Assembly: GCA_964035545.1 (NCBI GenBank)
Contig: CAXIUT010000303.1
Span: forward strand, 1 to 42,730
Length of the DNA stretch: 42,730 bases
Source: Bugula neritina
Taxonomy: Eukaryota > Animalia > Bryozoa
Reading direction: 5' to 3'
Below, piece after piece: positions 12,875 through 24,739 of the stretch. A model generated the notes under the pieces. That model was not told where the DNA came from, did no database searches, and saw only the letters and a list, made by a program, of their open reading frames with translations. Numbering within the stretch: the first letter of the stretch is position 1; the number at the start of each line of letters is the position of its first letter. Position numbers and translations under genes: made by a program.

Positions 12875-14251
12875 ATGTAAAATTATTAACTTTTCTGGAA
12901 TCAAGAAATAGCAATTCATCGTCATGGAGAACTCCTCATTGACTGGGACCTCTTTATTCGCAACTTCTCCAAGGCTGTCAACCAACATTCTCACTTATAG
13001 CTTAATTCTATTCAAAAATAGTTCCTCAAGAGCAAGATAGATCCTCGTCAAACTAACCAAATCTTTAAAAATGCCTTTCTTCTTTTCTCTAGAGACTACT
13101 GGGACATCCCCAGCAATCGTCAGAGACTGTTTAAAATGAAGATGAACCTGACTGGTTTGCCTAGATTGAAATTGTTGACAGGTTCATAGAGTCAAAAAAT
13201 ATTGATAGGAATTTAATATAAAAGCCAAAAAGGATAAATAGTAAGTAAAAACTATGAATTAAGATAAAATATGATTCATGAGTTGGATAGCAAGGGATAC
13301 TAGGTGTCAGATCGATCAGTGATAGAGAAAGATTTTTTAACAGTGGGTGGAAATAAAGAGAATGACATCGAAATGGGATAGTGTTTCTATGTGAATGGTG
13401 GACATTTGAAGTTGATGTGCACTCATACTGAGAAAAGAACAATAAAAAAATCATATTTTTAAGAAAGTAAATAGTAGATATAGATTCTAACTGATTGGTA
13501 TATCCGAGATGTTTCTAAATCCAATCGATTAAGGTATCTTTTAGACAGTCCTTTCAAGTATGTAATAGTTAAGCCAGGAATGATGCTAAGTTTGGGATTT
13601 ACTGATGATATTTAGATCAGAATAGATAAGATAGGTTTTAGTACAAGTGGAGATGTGATGATGAGTTTACAGGAATACTAGCAAATTAATAATCTACTTA
13701 ATGCTGATCGAATTAACTTTATGGGTTAAATTGATAAATCAGTTCCTTTGAAAACTGTTCTTGATGTTGATTTTAGAGAAATCACTCCTAAAGATATTTA
13801 AGAACTTTATAAAGAAGGACATTACTATCCTTAATTTAAAGTGGATAATCAATCAAAAAAGAGTAAAGACAAAGAAATACCAGCTTTGAGTTTTTCAGTA
13901 ATAAACAAAAGAACTTTTACTTGCGAAAAATATACATCAAAAAGTAATATGTTTACAGTTGGCCGATCATAGGAATGCACATTCAGAGTTAACAGCATAT
14001 CAATGAGAAAGGAAGAAGTAACATTTCAGTTAATAAACAATTTTTGGACTGTAAGAAGCGTTCAGGCTGAAACAAGCAATTTAGAACATAACATGCCTTC
14101 TGTTTATTTAACTAAATAAAAATACATAGAAGAGGGCAGGAATTCCAATCGTTTGAGGTTACGAGAAGGTCGTCCTTATATATTGAGAGGAAAATTGTTC
14201 TAAATAAAGGTGGAATTGAAGTAACCAGAAGTGAAGGAAGAGTAGTATTGA
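12875..14251 (+). CDS. Hypothetical protein with two FHA-like beta domains
   Basis: Intact 459-codon ORF with FLTVGGNKENDI...WYIRDVS and FTVGRSEECTFRV...FWTV. The FHA assignment rests on motif resemblance only. Confidence 0.7.
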
Positions 14252-14269
14252 TCGGATAGTTTATAATAT

Positions 14270-15358
14270 ATGTAGTAAACTAGGTTAAAAGATCTGGAGT
14301 CATTTTGGACTTCAACCTAACTCACCAACTATATCATCAATATGGTCGAATAAGCCAAATTAGATGTACATCATATCACCAACTACTGTGTCTATTTATT
14401 TTACAAGGGAGCAAACAAGAATTAAGAATTAGTCGATATTAATTATTTAATTGTGCTGGGGAAGGGATTTCCTTTAAGTGCTCCTAGAGTGCATTTTTTG
14501 TCTCAATAGATAGTACTCGGACTGAATGGGTATAAAGATTACTGCAGAGAGATAATAGATTGGAACATAAAAAGTCAGTTGAAGGATTTAGTTCTGAAAA
14601 TTCCTGAGTTTGTATAAAAATTAGAAAAAGGAAGTAAGGCTATATAAGACTTGCAAAGTATAGGTGAATATCATATGAAAAACATCTATAATTACTCAAT
14701 TTTGAAGCAATTGGTGGATTATGGTCCTTACATAGGTTTTTAAACTACAACAGACCAAGTTATTTCCTATGTGATATCAATAACATCAACTCATTTTGTC
14801 TTGTTCAAACCTTTCACTCAACCTCTGTGGGAAAATAACAAATTAATAGTGCCTATTTAGTAAGAACTAAGAGAAATGAAGATTGAATTTGTTGCCGATA
14901 TTCAGGGATTATTAGATATCGTACATGATAGAAGTTAAAAAAATTAATATGTTTTTAGATTCAAAGGAACAGACAAAAAGAACGAGTCATTTTTTATTTG
15001 GAAAAAGAAGTTAAGAATAACTAAAAGCAAACAGATGATTTAATTTTTATTGAAGTGTTTTAAAAAATTGAAAGGATAAATCTAACTATCAATAATTGAA
15101 ATATAAACAAATGCTGAAGAAGTAGCCCTTATAAAATAGGTCCATTTACTATAACAAAAAATAGGTCAATATCTCAATCGCTAAAATGTAAAAGAACTAT
15201 CGAAAGGCTACCAAAAGCTAGTAGAATACTACTAAAGTATAGGTCTGCCTTACCAAGAAGTATACCTCAGAAAAATAGCTTCTTTACTAAACCGCTAGGA
15301 TATCAGGTTGATAATGGCTGAAGTATCTCCTTTGATTAAGAGAAAATAATCGATATGA
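14270..15358 (+). CDS. UBC/RWD-fold (E2-like) N-terminal domain protein
   Basis: Intact 363-codon ORF. YLIVLGKGFPLSAPRVHF resembles the E2 'YPxxPPxVxF' motif; no HPN motif follows. Confidence 0.65.
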
Positions 15359-15364
15359 TTGATA

Positions 15365-16657
15365 TCAGTGATCAATTTGTGTTAATTTTTGTACTCTTCG
15401 CATTGATTCAATATAAAGGTAGCTCTCTTTCAAACTTTCTGGATAAACTTTGCAAATTTCATCGCCAATGGGGTGTTCGTATGTTATGTGGATTAGGTTT
15501 GTTTGAGCCTTTTTGCCTGAAAGGGAAAAGTTAGTACAACTAACAATCACATGCAAGAAACGTTCAGTAGTATACGTTACTCTTGCTTTGAGTTAGATAT
15601 AGCTGCCGATTTCTACTGGACCAAGAAACTGAACTTAGTCAATATTAGTGATCGATGGAAGATTTGATCCTGGTAGAAATTTAGTCGCACAAATCCATCC
15701 TACTTCATATCCATAGCGAAGGATATGTCCTCCAAAAATCTTTCCGCTTAGATTTTTTTCTTACACATGCATAAGCATGGTGTTGTTGGTGATAGTCGAG
15801 TTGATGGTGCGGTAGATATGAGATAGTGTACTACTTTTCATTGTTTTTAGGAGGTTGTGTATAACAGCTGATTCTTAGTAAGTTGGAGGAGTGGTTTCTA
15901 ATCCTCTTTTAATTTAATTTTTTCTAGCTATTTGTCTTTCTTTTCCTAACTAGTTGATTATAGTAAAAATTTACTGTTAATTATCTAGTTTGAGTGTTGG
16001 CACTTGATATGACTTGCCTGTAGCTTTATTTCTAGCTACCATTACGAAATTAGCTGAACATGCCAACCTTTCCTTGCCTTCTATTTCCTGTAACACATCA
16101 ATATGCACTTCCATAGAACTTTTTCCTACATAAGACACATATCCTGACAACTTGCAATCTATTGCATTAGAAATAGGATAATAAAATTCTATTTCATCTA
16201 CTGCAGCTGTTACTACAATGAATTAGGAATCATTCATATCGAGAGGTTGATCTGTTTGAGGATTACAATAACGATAACCAACGTTTGCAGCAATATAGTC
16301 CATTAGTTAGAGGAGACGACCTACTCTAATGCTAGCACTGGAAAATTGTGTCATCTTTTTTCTGAGATTAGGATTGTTTTAGAAAGGTAAGGTGATTTGA
16401 TAGAAGCTGTGAGAAGGAGTAGAGAAAGAAGTTGTTTATTTTAGTCTTTATTAAGCCTATGAGACATTAATATGAAAATTTGAGCTGTCAAAGAAAGTTT
16501 ATACCACTCTATCTTTGATGTTTTAAGATGGTTGAAGGTTAAGCATTTTTTATGGACGATAAAGAAGAGCAGTTTATGTGACAGATTTCATATATTTATG
16601 AGCAGTGAAAGGAGAAGTGGTTTTTGAGAAAGATTTTACAATGTTTTTGAATAGCAT
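15365..16657 (-). CDS. Double hotdog-fold acyl-CoA thioesterase (ACOT9-like), probably mitochondrial
   Basis: IRVGRLLELMD, VVTAAVDEI, GYVSYVGKSSMEV, KIFGGHILRYGYE, FLGPVEIGS. 431 codons; basic/Ser-rich N-terminus. Confidence 0.92.
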
Positions 16658-16790
16658 AGTATCAATAGATGATATTTGTAGTGTTATTATGATAAAGTTA
16701 ATATAAATAAAGATATTTATTGTCGTATTATGGGATGATTATTTAAAGTTAGCTAGTTTGTTATTTTTGGATTAAAATAAATTTAGGATA

Positions 16791-18067
16791 ATGTTAGTTA
16801 GAACCCTATAATCGATGGATAGTACAACTCCTCATTCAAAATATAATCGCAAAGAAAGATTGAAAACTCTAGGAACCACTGATACCTACGACTTTGAAAC
16901 CTTTGTCAAGTAAAACAAAAAGAAACATCAGTAAAGTAAATCCAGAATCAAAAATAAACATCTAACAAAAAATAAAAAACACAACACCAGTATCAACTCA
17001 GCACTACTACAAACTAGAGGAATTGATGGCACTCCGAGAGCCAAAGGAAAAAGACTTATGAGTATTACACAAAATTAACATAAAAAAACATTGGAGAGCC
17101 AAGAAGATATTGTGCCTGTCAAAAGGGTCACTAGTACTTTGAAGAAATGTTTAAGACAAGTTGAAGAAGGATATAAGTTATAAGCTTTTAAAGTTCTTAA
17201 CATGATATATTCAAGTGGAGTATCTTAGTTTTACACAGCTAAACTGGGTCGAGATGGGTGTAAATACACTTTAATCAAGACAAAATAGCATACATTTAAA
17301 CACTATGAAAAATAGCAGAAGATGTATAATGAGTTATGCAGAGATTTGAATAAAAACGAAAGAAAAATGTTGTTGAAAACGCATTATCTTTGGAAGTAAA
17401 AGAAAAATAATGTAGTTGTTACTGATAATTATCTGAATGTCAACTGGAAAGATGTATTTTTATTTGTATTTAGGATAAATTTTACCTTTTTCTCAACCTC
17501 TTCAAAAACAATACACCACTACTAAGTGATTTTATTCAGCAAATAACAGCTAATATACTTTGTATGAGTCGAACAGGTCGAGCTTTTGGCAATTTGAGTT
17601 TATAGTCAGTATATTTTCCTCTTCATAAAGGAAATCTTCAATCATAAGGTTTTTATAAACTTGGAAATATATCTAGCTGCATTAAAGCTTCAAACAAACA
17701 CTAATTTCTATCATTATCGATCCTTTATAGAACTCCTCCTTAAATTTTAAACTTAATTCTTTTTTAGGAATGTTAACCTTTTGATCGAGACTACTTGGAA
17801 CAGATAACATAATTACATGAAGGTTGGCAGGTAGATGTATGGTCTTTAGGCATTATGGTGTTGGAGTTGCTCAATGGAGGACCTTTATCTTTATAGGGAA
17901 GTGACTGTTTCAAGTTGATAGATTTACAAAGATAGCTATTGATTAGGTATAGTTATTTGTTGTAGAAATTGGATGAGGGGATATTGATTTGTTTGTCAAA
18001 TATGTTGAGTTTCAATCCTGGGAGTAGACCTCATCCTTTATAGATACTGCAGTTGTTAGGAAATTGA
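16791..18067 (+). CDS. Protein kinase-fold pseudokinase
   Basis: C-lobe motifs RTPPEIL, VDVWSLGIMVLELL and MLSFNPGSRP are present. HRD is replaced by AFGN and DFG by GNI. 20-nt intron 17454-17473. Confidence 0.85.
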
Positions 18068-18229
18068 TAAATTAAGATTTTTTTATTTATTATTTAAACA
18101 AATATGTATAACTATATGTGATCTAGTTAATTATCATTTATTTTCTTTTTAAGTCACATAAATATCAATTATTTATTACCTTTAATATTTAATATTTAAC
18201 TCTAATAATTAAATTATTGTTGAATAAGG

Positions 18230-19482
18230 ATGAGTTTTTCAAACTATATCGACCCCGTTCGTTGTTTCCAACTTGTTTCTGGAGTAGCTGGTATCTATAT
18301 CAGTTACTTGGTGACAGGAGTCATTCATTAGTCAATGTAATATTGTCTGAACATAGGATGAAACAAGGATACTAGAATGACGCTACCGGTTAATCATAAA
18401 AGTTTAGCTGGGCTGCTGGTTTTCTCATTTTCCCTTGCGGAATAACATTCTTGATCGGTGCTTTGGTCAACAAATATCAAATTAAACCTGAAGAAAGAAC
18501 TTAAATACCTGCTAAAAATGCTGCGTTATGCGGAGTTACTGTCGCTATCTCAACTTTGACTTATACCTATGCTATCTATCTAACTAACTATCCAGTGGTT
18601 ATGATGTTCAAGTCTTGCAACATATTATCAGTCATTTTGGTGGGCGTGATGTGTTCAGGAGTCAAAGATAAAAAATTGAAATTAGGCATAAAAAAAATCA
18701 TAGTGGGAGTAGTTGTAACTATAGGTATCATAATATTCAAGGCAATGGATCCAAATCTCAAAGAATCATAAGGAAAGACCTAGGCAACAGGAATCATACT
18801 CTTACTCGTATCATTGCTAGCCGATGGTTTTCTTCCTGATTTCCAAGCAGTTATAAAAACAGAATTCAAGCCACTACCCATGTAGATGTTAGTAGCTATC
18901 AACAAGTGGGTCAGCATCATATCCATCATCTATTCTTGCATTTTATTCGAGATAGTTGAAATGTGTGTCTTCATTATGACTCATAGTAAATTTTTAGTTC
19001 ATATGCTGTTGATGGGAGTGCTGAGTACCGTTGGGCAAATGTTCGTCTATCGCATGATCAAACAGTTCAAACAACATTTTGTACCCTTTGTCATCACCAC
19101 CAGAAAAATATTTACAGTAGGATTAAGCATACTTGTCTATCATCACGAAACCAACTTCTTTCAAATATTGGGTCTCTTCGTTGTCTTTCTAGTTGTCACA
19201 TTTGAGTTTGTTTCTGAACTTTGTAACGAGAAAAAGGAAGAGATCAAATCTGGCAGTGAGCAACAGATGGAATCCACTGGAAGAAATGGTGCTATGAGTC
19301 TCACTGAACCGTAAGTTGAACCTTCACCTAGACAGTAAGATATTAAAGACTCTAGAGATGCAGGTTCTACGATCGAGAACGAGAGAGAGGCATACGAGAA
19401 GCGAATGACTGGAGAGCATGCGTAAGGTGATCATGTAATTAGACCAGCATTTTAGAAGAACGGTATCGAGTCCAAACAGTGA
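18230..19482 (+). CDS. UAA-family (SLC35B1-like) nucleotide-sugar/ATP transporter, paralog 1
   Basis: GIYISYLVTGVIHE, NYPVVMMFKSC, LLADG, GQMFVY, ITTRKIFT; multi-TM. 20-nt intron 18337-18356. Confidence 0.92.
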
Positions 19483-19527
19483 TCCATACCCTTCATTATG
19501 ATATATTTTAGCCACGTTATAAACTTT

Positions 19528-20585
19528 ATGAAAACAGGATTTGATTCTCGAAAGGCTCTACATTTAGTAATCGGCATTCTGGGCATTTACTTCATCTACT
19601 CCATAACTGGACTCCTCCAAGAATCAGTGTATCCATCATTAAACTTAGCATCAAGTCTAAATATCTCAACGATGTGACTGGATAGTACGACTAATTCAAG
19701 ATTCCCTATGTGATGTTGATCTTCGTTGGTTTCTTTTCTTACATATTGGGTGCAATTTACAATCTAATCAGATATTCTCCTTCTTAGAGAGTTGACATTC
19801 CCAACAAGTATTCTTGGAAATGCGGGGCAGCAGTAGTTATAATCACCATATCCTACTCATATGCCATATATTTTACTAACTTTCCAGTAGTTATGATGAT
19901 TCGCTCTTGCAGTCTTCTCTCAGTAGTTATGGTAGGAGTGCTATTCACTGGAGTCAATGATACTGCTTTGAAGCTAGGAAAGAGAAAGATTTTGGTTGCT
20001 TTGATGGTAACTATCGGTATGATTGTGTTCAAGGTATTTGATCCTACTTAATACAAAGAACAACATCAGACTCAGGTAGTTGGAATTGGGTTGATGATTT
20101 TATCTTTAGTTGGATAAGGTTTTTTACCTGATTTTCAAGCAATAATCAAAGAAAAATATAAACCTTCACCAATAACTTTACTAGTTTAGGTCAACAAATG
20201 GACAACCATATTTACAATACTTTTTTCAATAGTAATGGGTCATTTTATGGAAATGACTATCTTTATCAGTCAACATCATTCAATTTTGATTGATATGTTG
20301 ATCATTGGAGTCCTGTCTTTTCTCGGACAAATTTTTATCTATCGATTAGTTAAGGAATTTAAACAACATATCGTGCCTTTTATCATTACTACCAGAAAAA
20401 TCTTTACTGTTGCTTTGAGTATTGGCTACTATGGACATAAATTTAGCTATTAGCAGTTGATAGGAGTAGCTATAGTGTTTGGAGCATCAGCTTATGAATT
20501 TGTCAGTGAAATCCAAAAAGATTTTGGAGATAAAACTCAGCAGAAGGTCAAAGATCAAACTCAATAGTAGAAAAAGAAATTATGA
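19528..20585 (+). CDS. UAA-family (SLC35B1-like) transporter, paralog 2
   Basis: GIYFIYSITGLLQE, NFPVVMMIRSC, GQIFIY, ITTRKIFT and a C-terminal KKKL di-lysine ER motif. 20-nt intron 19629-19648 at the same site as in paralog 1. Confidence 0.92.
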
Positions 20586-20633
20586 TATTATGTTGTATTT
20601 AATAATCGCGATAATATTGTAGTAATATTGATA

Positions 20634-21441
20634 ATGTTTGGAGTTGACGACAAGGGATCAGTGTACTAATTTAACCATTCAGGTATTCATCGATTGACGA
20701 GATGTGGAGGGTTTAGTTGTACAACTAGAAATCAAACAACAAAGTGGTGGATGTAGTTGGTTCATAGGAGAAATGGTATAATAATGCAAATGATTACTGG
20801 TCTGTACTTGATAAAATAAATAGAAATCTTAACCGACTTATGATGGAGTTCTCGGGGGATATGGCAATTTAAGTGCTCTAGATGTTCAATTTTCACTTAG
20901 ATTTATACTTGCTTTTGTCAAAGAGAATCCTAAATTCAAAAGATAAACGGTTTTGGATTGTGGGGCAGGAATCGGAAGGATATCCAAAGAACTACTTTGT
21001 CAAGTCTTTAAAACAGTATTTTTCTTCATATTTTAGGTGGATTTGATCGATCAATGCTAGAAATTAGTGACAAAAGCCAAGTAGATACTAAGTGATAAAA
21101 ATGTCAGACATTTCTATGTGAAAGGTCTCCAACAATTTGAGTTTTAGTAAAAATACGATTGCATTTGGATCCAGTGGGTATTGTCTCAGCTGAACGACTA
21201 AGATGCTATTACCTTTTTAAAGAAGGCGAAAAAGGCTTTGAATGAAGGTGGAATCATAGTATTGAAAGAAAATCATTGCAAATCAGGATTCGTAGTTGAT
21301 AAATAGGATTTTAGTGTGACTAGATCCCCTGATTTATTTAAGAAGTTGATAATTGGGGCTGGTTTGACTATTGCAAAGTAGGAGAATCAATAGAACTGGC
21401 CTAAAGATTTATTTAACATTCGTATGTATGCGCTAATATGA
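20634..21441 (+). CDS. NTMT1: Alpha N-terminal protein methyltransferase 1
   Basis: DGVLGGYG, LDCGAGIGRISK, YDCIWIQWV, IVLKEN, DFSVTRS, MYAL. Introns at 20663-20682, 20804-20823 (20 nt) and 21016-21036 (21 nt). Confidence 0.95.
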
Positions 21442-21503
21442 TGATCTATAAGAACTATTCTGAGATGTTCTGATGTTTAATAAGAAATATATAAATAATA
21501 TCC

Positions 21504-22916
21504 ATGAGGGAAAGCAGACTCAATTCAACTGTTTCAACCACTGATAAGAACAAATATCCGCGTTGTGATCGGAAAAAAGAACATGCCAAAGAATCTCTTA
21601 ACCTTGTTTGTTTGACTGCTACTTGTAAGCAGAGAGGACTTGTTTGTGTACAATGTAAAACTGGAGGTGAACATATGGGACATAACATCCAACCTTTAAA
21701 AACATTTTTAAGTAAGTTAGAGACCTCTCTTCAAAGAATATAGAATGCTAGAGCTCCTAAAATAAAAATGGAGGAAAATCCATCCAATATTTCTGTTGTT
21801 AATGATGGCTCACATGTTGTTAACGAGCGTACAGTACTTGAGAAACTATAGGAACAACATTTTTAGATGCTTTCATTGATGAAACTCCATTTGTAGGAGA
21901 TTTGTGAGCGAGTAAGGGTTTGTGAGGAAGAGATCATTAAGGAGTTCAATCGTGCTAGGGAGAAGATCTACACTGAGGTACTAAGAGAAATATTAAGTAT
22001 TAAAAAGAAAATATAATTACTAAATCGTTAGTAGACGTCCAAAAATATTTTTCCGAGTCATAGAGAGAAGAAGGACTGGATTTAAAACTGAATATATCTA
22101 AGATATTGTCTTTGATAAAAGTAGATAAAAGTATTTTATATTCAAAATAGATGACTTTTCAATCAGCAATTAGGCTGAAATGGAGCTAAATTCATATACT
22201 TTATCAACAAAAACCTTTAAAAATAATATTTTAGTTTGGGAAAGATAGACAGTCAATATCATTAGTGACATATTCAAATCTAAAAACCTGAATATCAGTT
22301 TAAATAAGGACCTATTCGACCAACAACAGCTGTTGACTCTTCAAATAAACCTCAAAACTTGACCTTTTCATTGCAACTCAAAACGTATATACATATATAT
22401 GAATAGATAATCAATAGTGTTGGACAAAGAACATAAAATAGCAAGAGTAAAAGATGATAAAAATGGTAAAATAATTTTGCTAAACCAATCTATTTTAGAA
22501 TACAAAAATGTTCCTATAAAATTCAAGGTAGTTGCTCAAACTGGTCCTTCTGTTATCCAGGTAGGCTTATGTCTGAAACCAATAATCGCTCAAAAAACAT
22601 ATAAATTTTAAAGTAATTTCCTTTATATCAAGAAAACAATGCAAACCATGGGATGTTTGTCTTCTCCTCAAACGGTTTTGTTTACTCTAGCAATGACAAT
22701 CAAGTTAACAACATAAAGGGAACTTTGCTATTCAAGACAGGAGATGAGTTGAGTTTATAGGTAGATTCTAAGGAGAACAAATTACTAATAAAGAAGAAAA
22801 GCGATAACAAGACAGCTGAGATAAATTTGAAGCATATTGGATAGGCAGACTGGAAAGATCTTTACTATTGTGTATCGATGAATAGTGTAGGGGATAAGGT
22901 GCAGTTGATGGGATGA
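21504..22916 (+). CDS. B-box-like zinc finger + coiled coil + SPRY-like domain protein
   Basis: C...H...LVCLTATC...LVCVQC...HMGH, then a helical region, then IQVGLC...SSNG...FKTGDEL...LYYCVSM. Introns at 21978-21997, 22131-22150, 22385-22406 and 22613-22632. One base appears missing near 22282-22286. Confidence 0.78.
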
Positions 22917-22965
22917 TTAATGATATGGTATGATTTATAATATAAATATTTATTATAAGTAAAGA

Positions 22966-24484
22966 TCATTTACGCATAGCTAAAGCTTTGAAAGCATTTT
23001 TAAAGTTTACTAATTTTTTATCTTTTATTTATGATTTTAAAAAGTCTTACTTTTAGCTAGTTTAGATATTATTGTGCCAAATATATTGATTTTGATGCTA
23101 CGTTTTATAAAAATCTGATGAAATACTCATATTGGAATAGTTGATAAGACTAGGGGAATCTTTTTTCTTTTTCGGAAGAATAAATGAACTATTCTATTTT
23201 ATCAATGTTTATTTTTGTTTGTTTTTCTTCTTGAGAGGATTATCTCCAAATTTATTCTATTTTGACTTATTCATAAACGAAATATCAAGATTTCTTCATT
23301 AATATATAGGTACCTAAATTTATCTTTAGTGCAATCGAGGTCGTTTGCATTAATATTTTTTGTCATAGCAACTTTGTCTTTAAATTATTTTTGATATGTG
23401 CTGGATTTAACCACCAATGAAGTTTAGGGGAATGAAGGAGTGCTATCTTGCTTATGATTATAGGGTTCATTGTAACCGTAGTTTATAAATTGGGTGGAAT
23501 ATGATGTTTTTAGGAGAGGTTGTCGATTGACGCTATACGAGTTATTATGTTTTTCAGGTTTGATGTAGTCTTTTTTAAATGGTTTTTTGAAGAAGAAATT
23601 AGCTGAATAAATTAATGAGTACAAGTTGAGTTAAAAGTGGTGATTCCGTCTTTATTTTTTGAATTAAGACTTCCTGAAGACTACCTAGTATTGAACCCTT
23701 TGAAGGTATTATACTTGGCTGATTCCTCTAATAATTTTTTATTGCTGAAGGAAGAGATAGTATTTCTTTGATTTTTAGTATTAAAATACTGATATTTAAG
23801 AAACTAAGATTCTATATTTTAGTTAGCAATCATTCTTTACAGAAGCTATATTTTTTTATTAATCTAAACCAATTTCTAACATTTATTACTTTATTCAATT
23901 TGTTCTCTCAATTCTTGGAAATAAGTTTATATTGATTTAAACTATCTGTTAATATCTATTTAGTTAGTTTTTTTCATGAGACTGGTTCTACTTTTTTGAC
24001 TATTTTATTTTTGATATGATTTGAATGTTTTATCAATAAAAGATTCTATCTTATTTTATAATTCTTCTATTGATTTATTGTTCTTCACTTGCACTATTTT
24101 TATCTCATTCACTCCTCTCCATTCTGATATCTTCCCCGGACACTCAAATACCTCATCCTATTATCCATATTATATCTATACTTACTATCTTATCTTCTTT
24201 GCATCTCCATGATCTTTCTTCATCTTCTTCACGTACTACCTTATATCTCGAGGACTTGCGCTCTCATTCTCTTCATCTTTTCTCTACCTTGAAGTCTACT
24301 GAGTCAGCACTCGAGTTGGCTTTTTGACTATAGGAGATGATTCATAGAGTTGTGGAGGAGTGATGGTATCATTTCTTCTTTTGAGCATGGTTTGAAAGAC
24401 TATTTTTTGAGGTTTTGAGTTGAGTCGAGTAGTGGCCGAGCGACAGTGTGAAAGACAGTTAGCTTTAGATTTTCTGCTTTGCAT
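22966..24484 (-). CDS. Hypothetical protein, coiled coil plus C-terminal T/S-Y-x3-F repeats (SAXO/Mn-motif-like)
   Basis: 493 codons after removing 20-nt introns 23603-23622 and 23294-23313. Motifs TSYSTQF, STYQKEF, TEHQNQY. Confidence 0.7.
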
Positions 24485-24626
24485 TTCTTCTGATTAATTT
24501 AGAACAAATAATAAAAGATCCAATGACTGGATATTATATTTTGACTAGCTATAATAATCATCAAATTCATAGTATTAATGATAAATATAAATAACTAAAT
24601 CAATTGAGTATATTTTTTCTTTCTGG

Positions 24627-24710
24627 TGGGGTTGGGGTTGGGGTTGGGGTTGGGGTTGGGGTTGGGGTTGGGGTTGGGGTTGGGGTTGGGGTTGGGGTTG
24701 GGGTTGGGGG
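24627..24710. repeat. Internal telomeric tract (TTGGGG)n, right-end orientation
   Basis: About 84 nt of G4T2 with no opposing C4A2 tract. Confidence 0.97.
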
Positions 24711-24739
24711 ATGTTATCTGACTAGTAGAAGGTTCTTTT

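Noticed and set aside
16484-16503. 20-nt GTA...CAG look-alike intron in the thioesterase gene
   Set aside because: The ORF is intact only if it is retained, and it lacks the +15 A.
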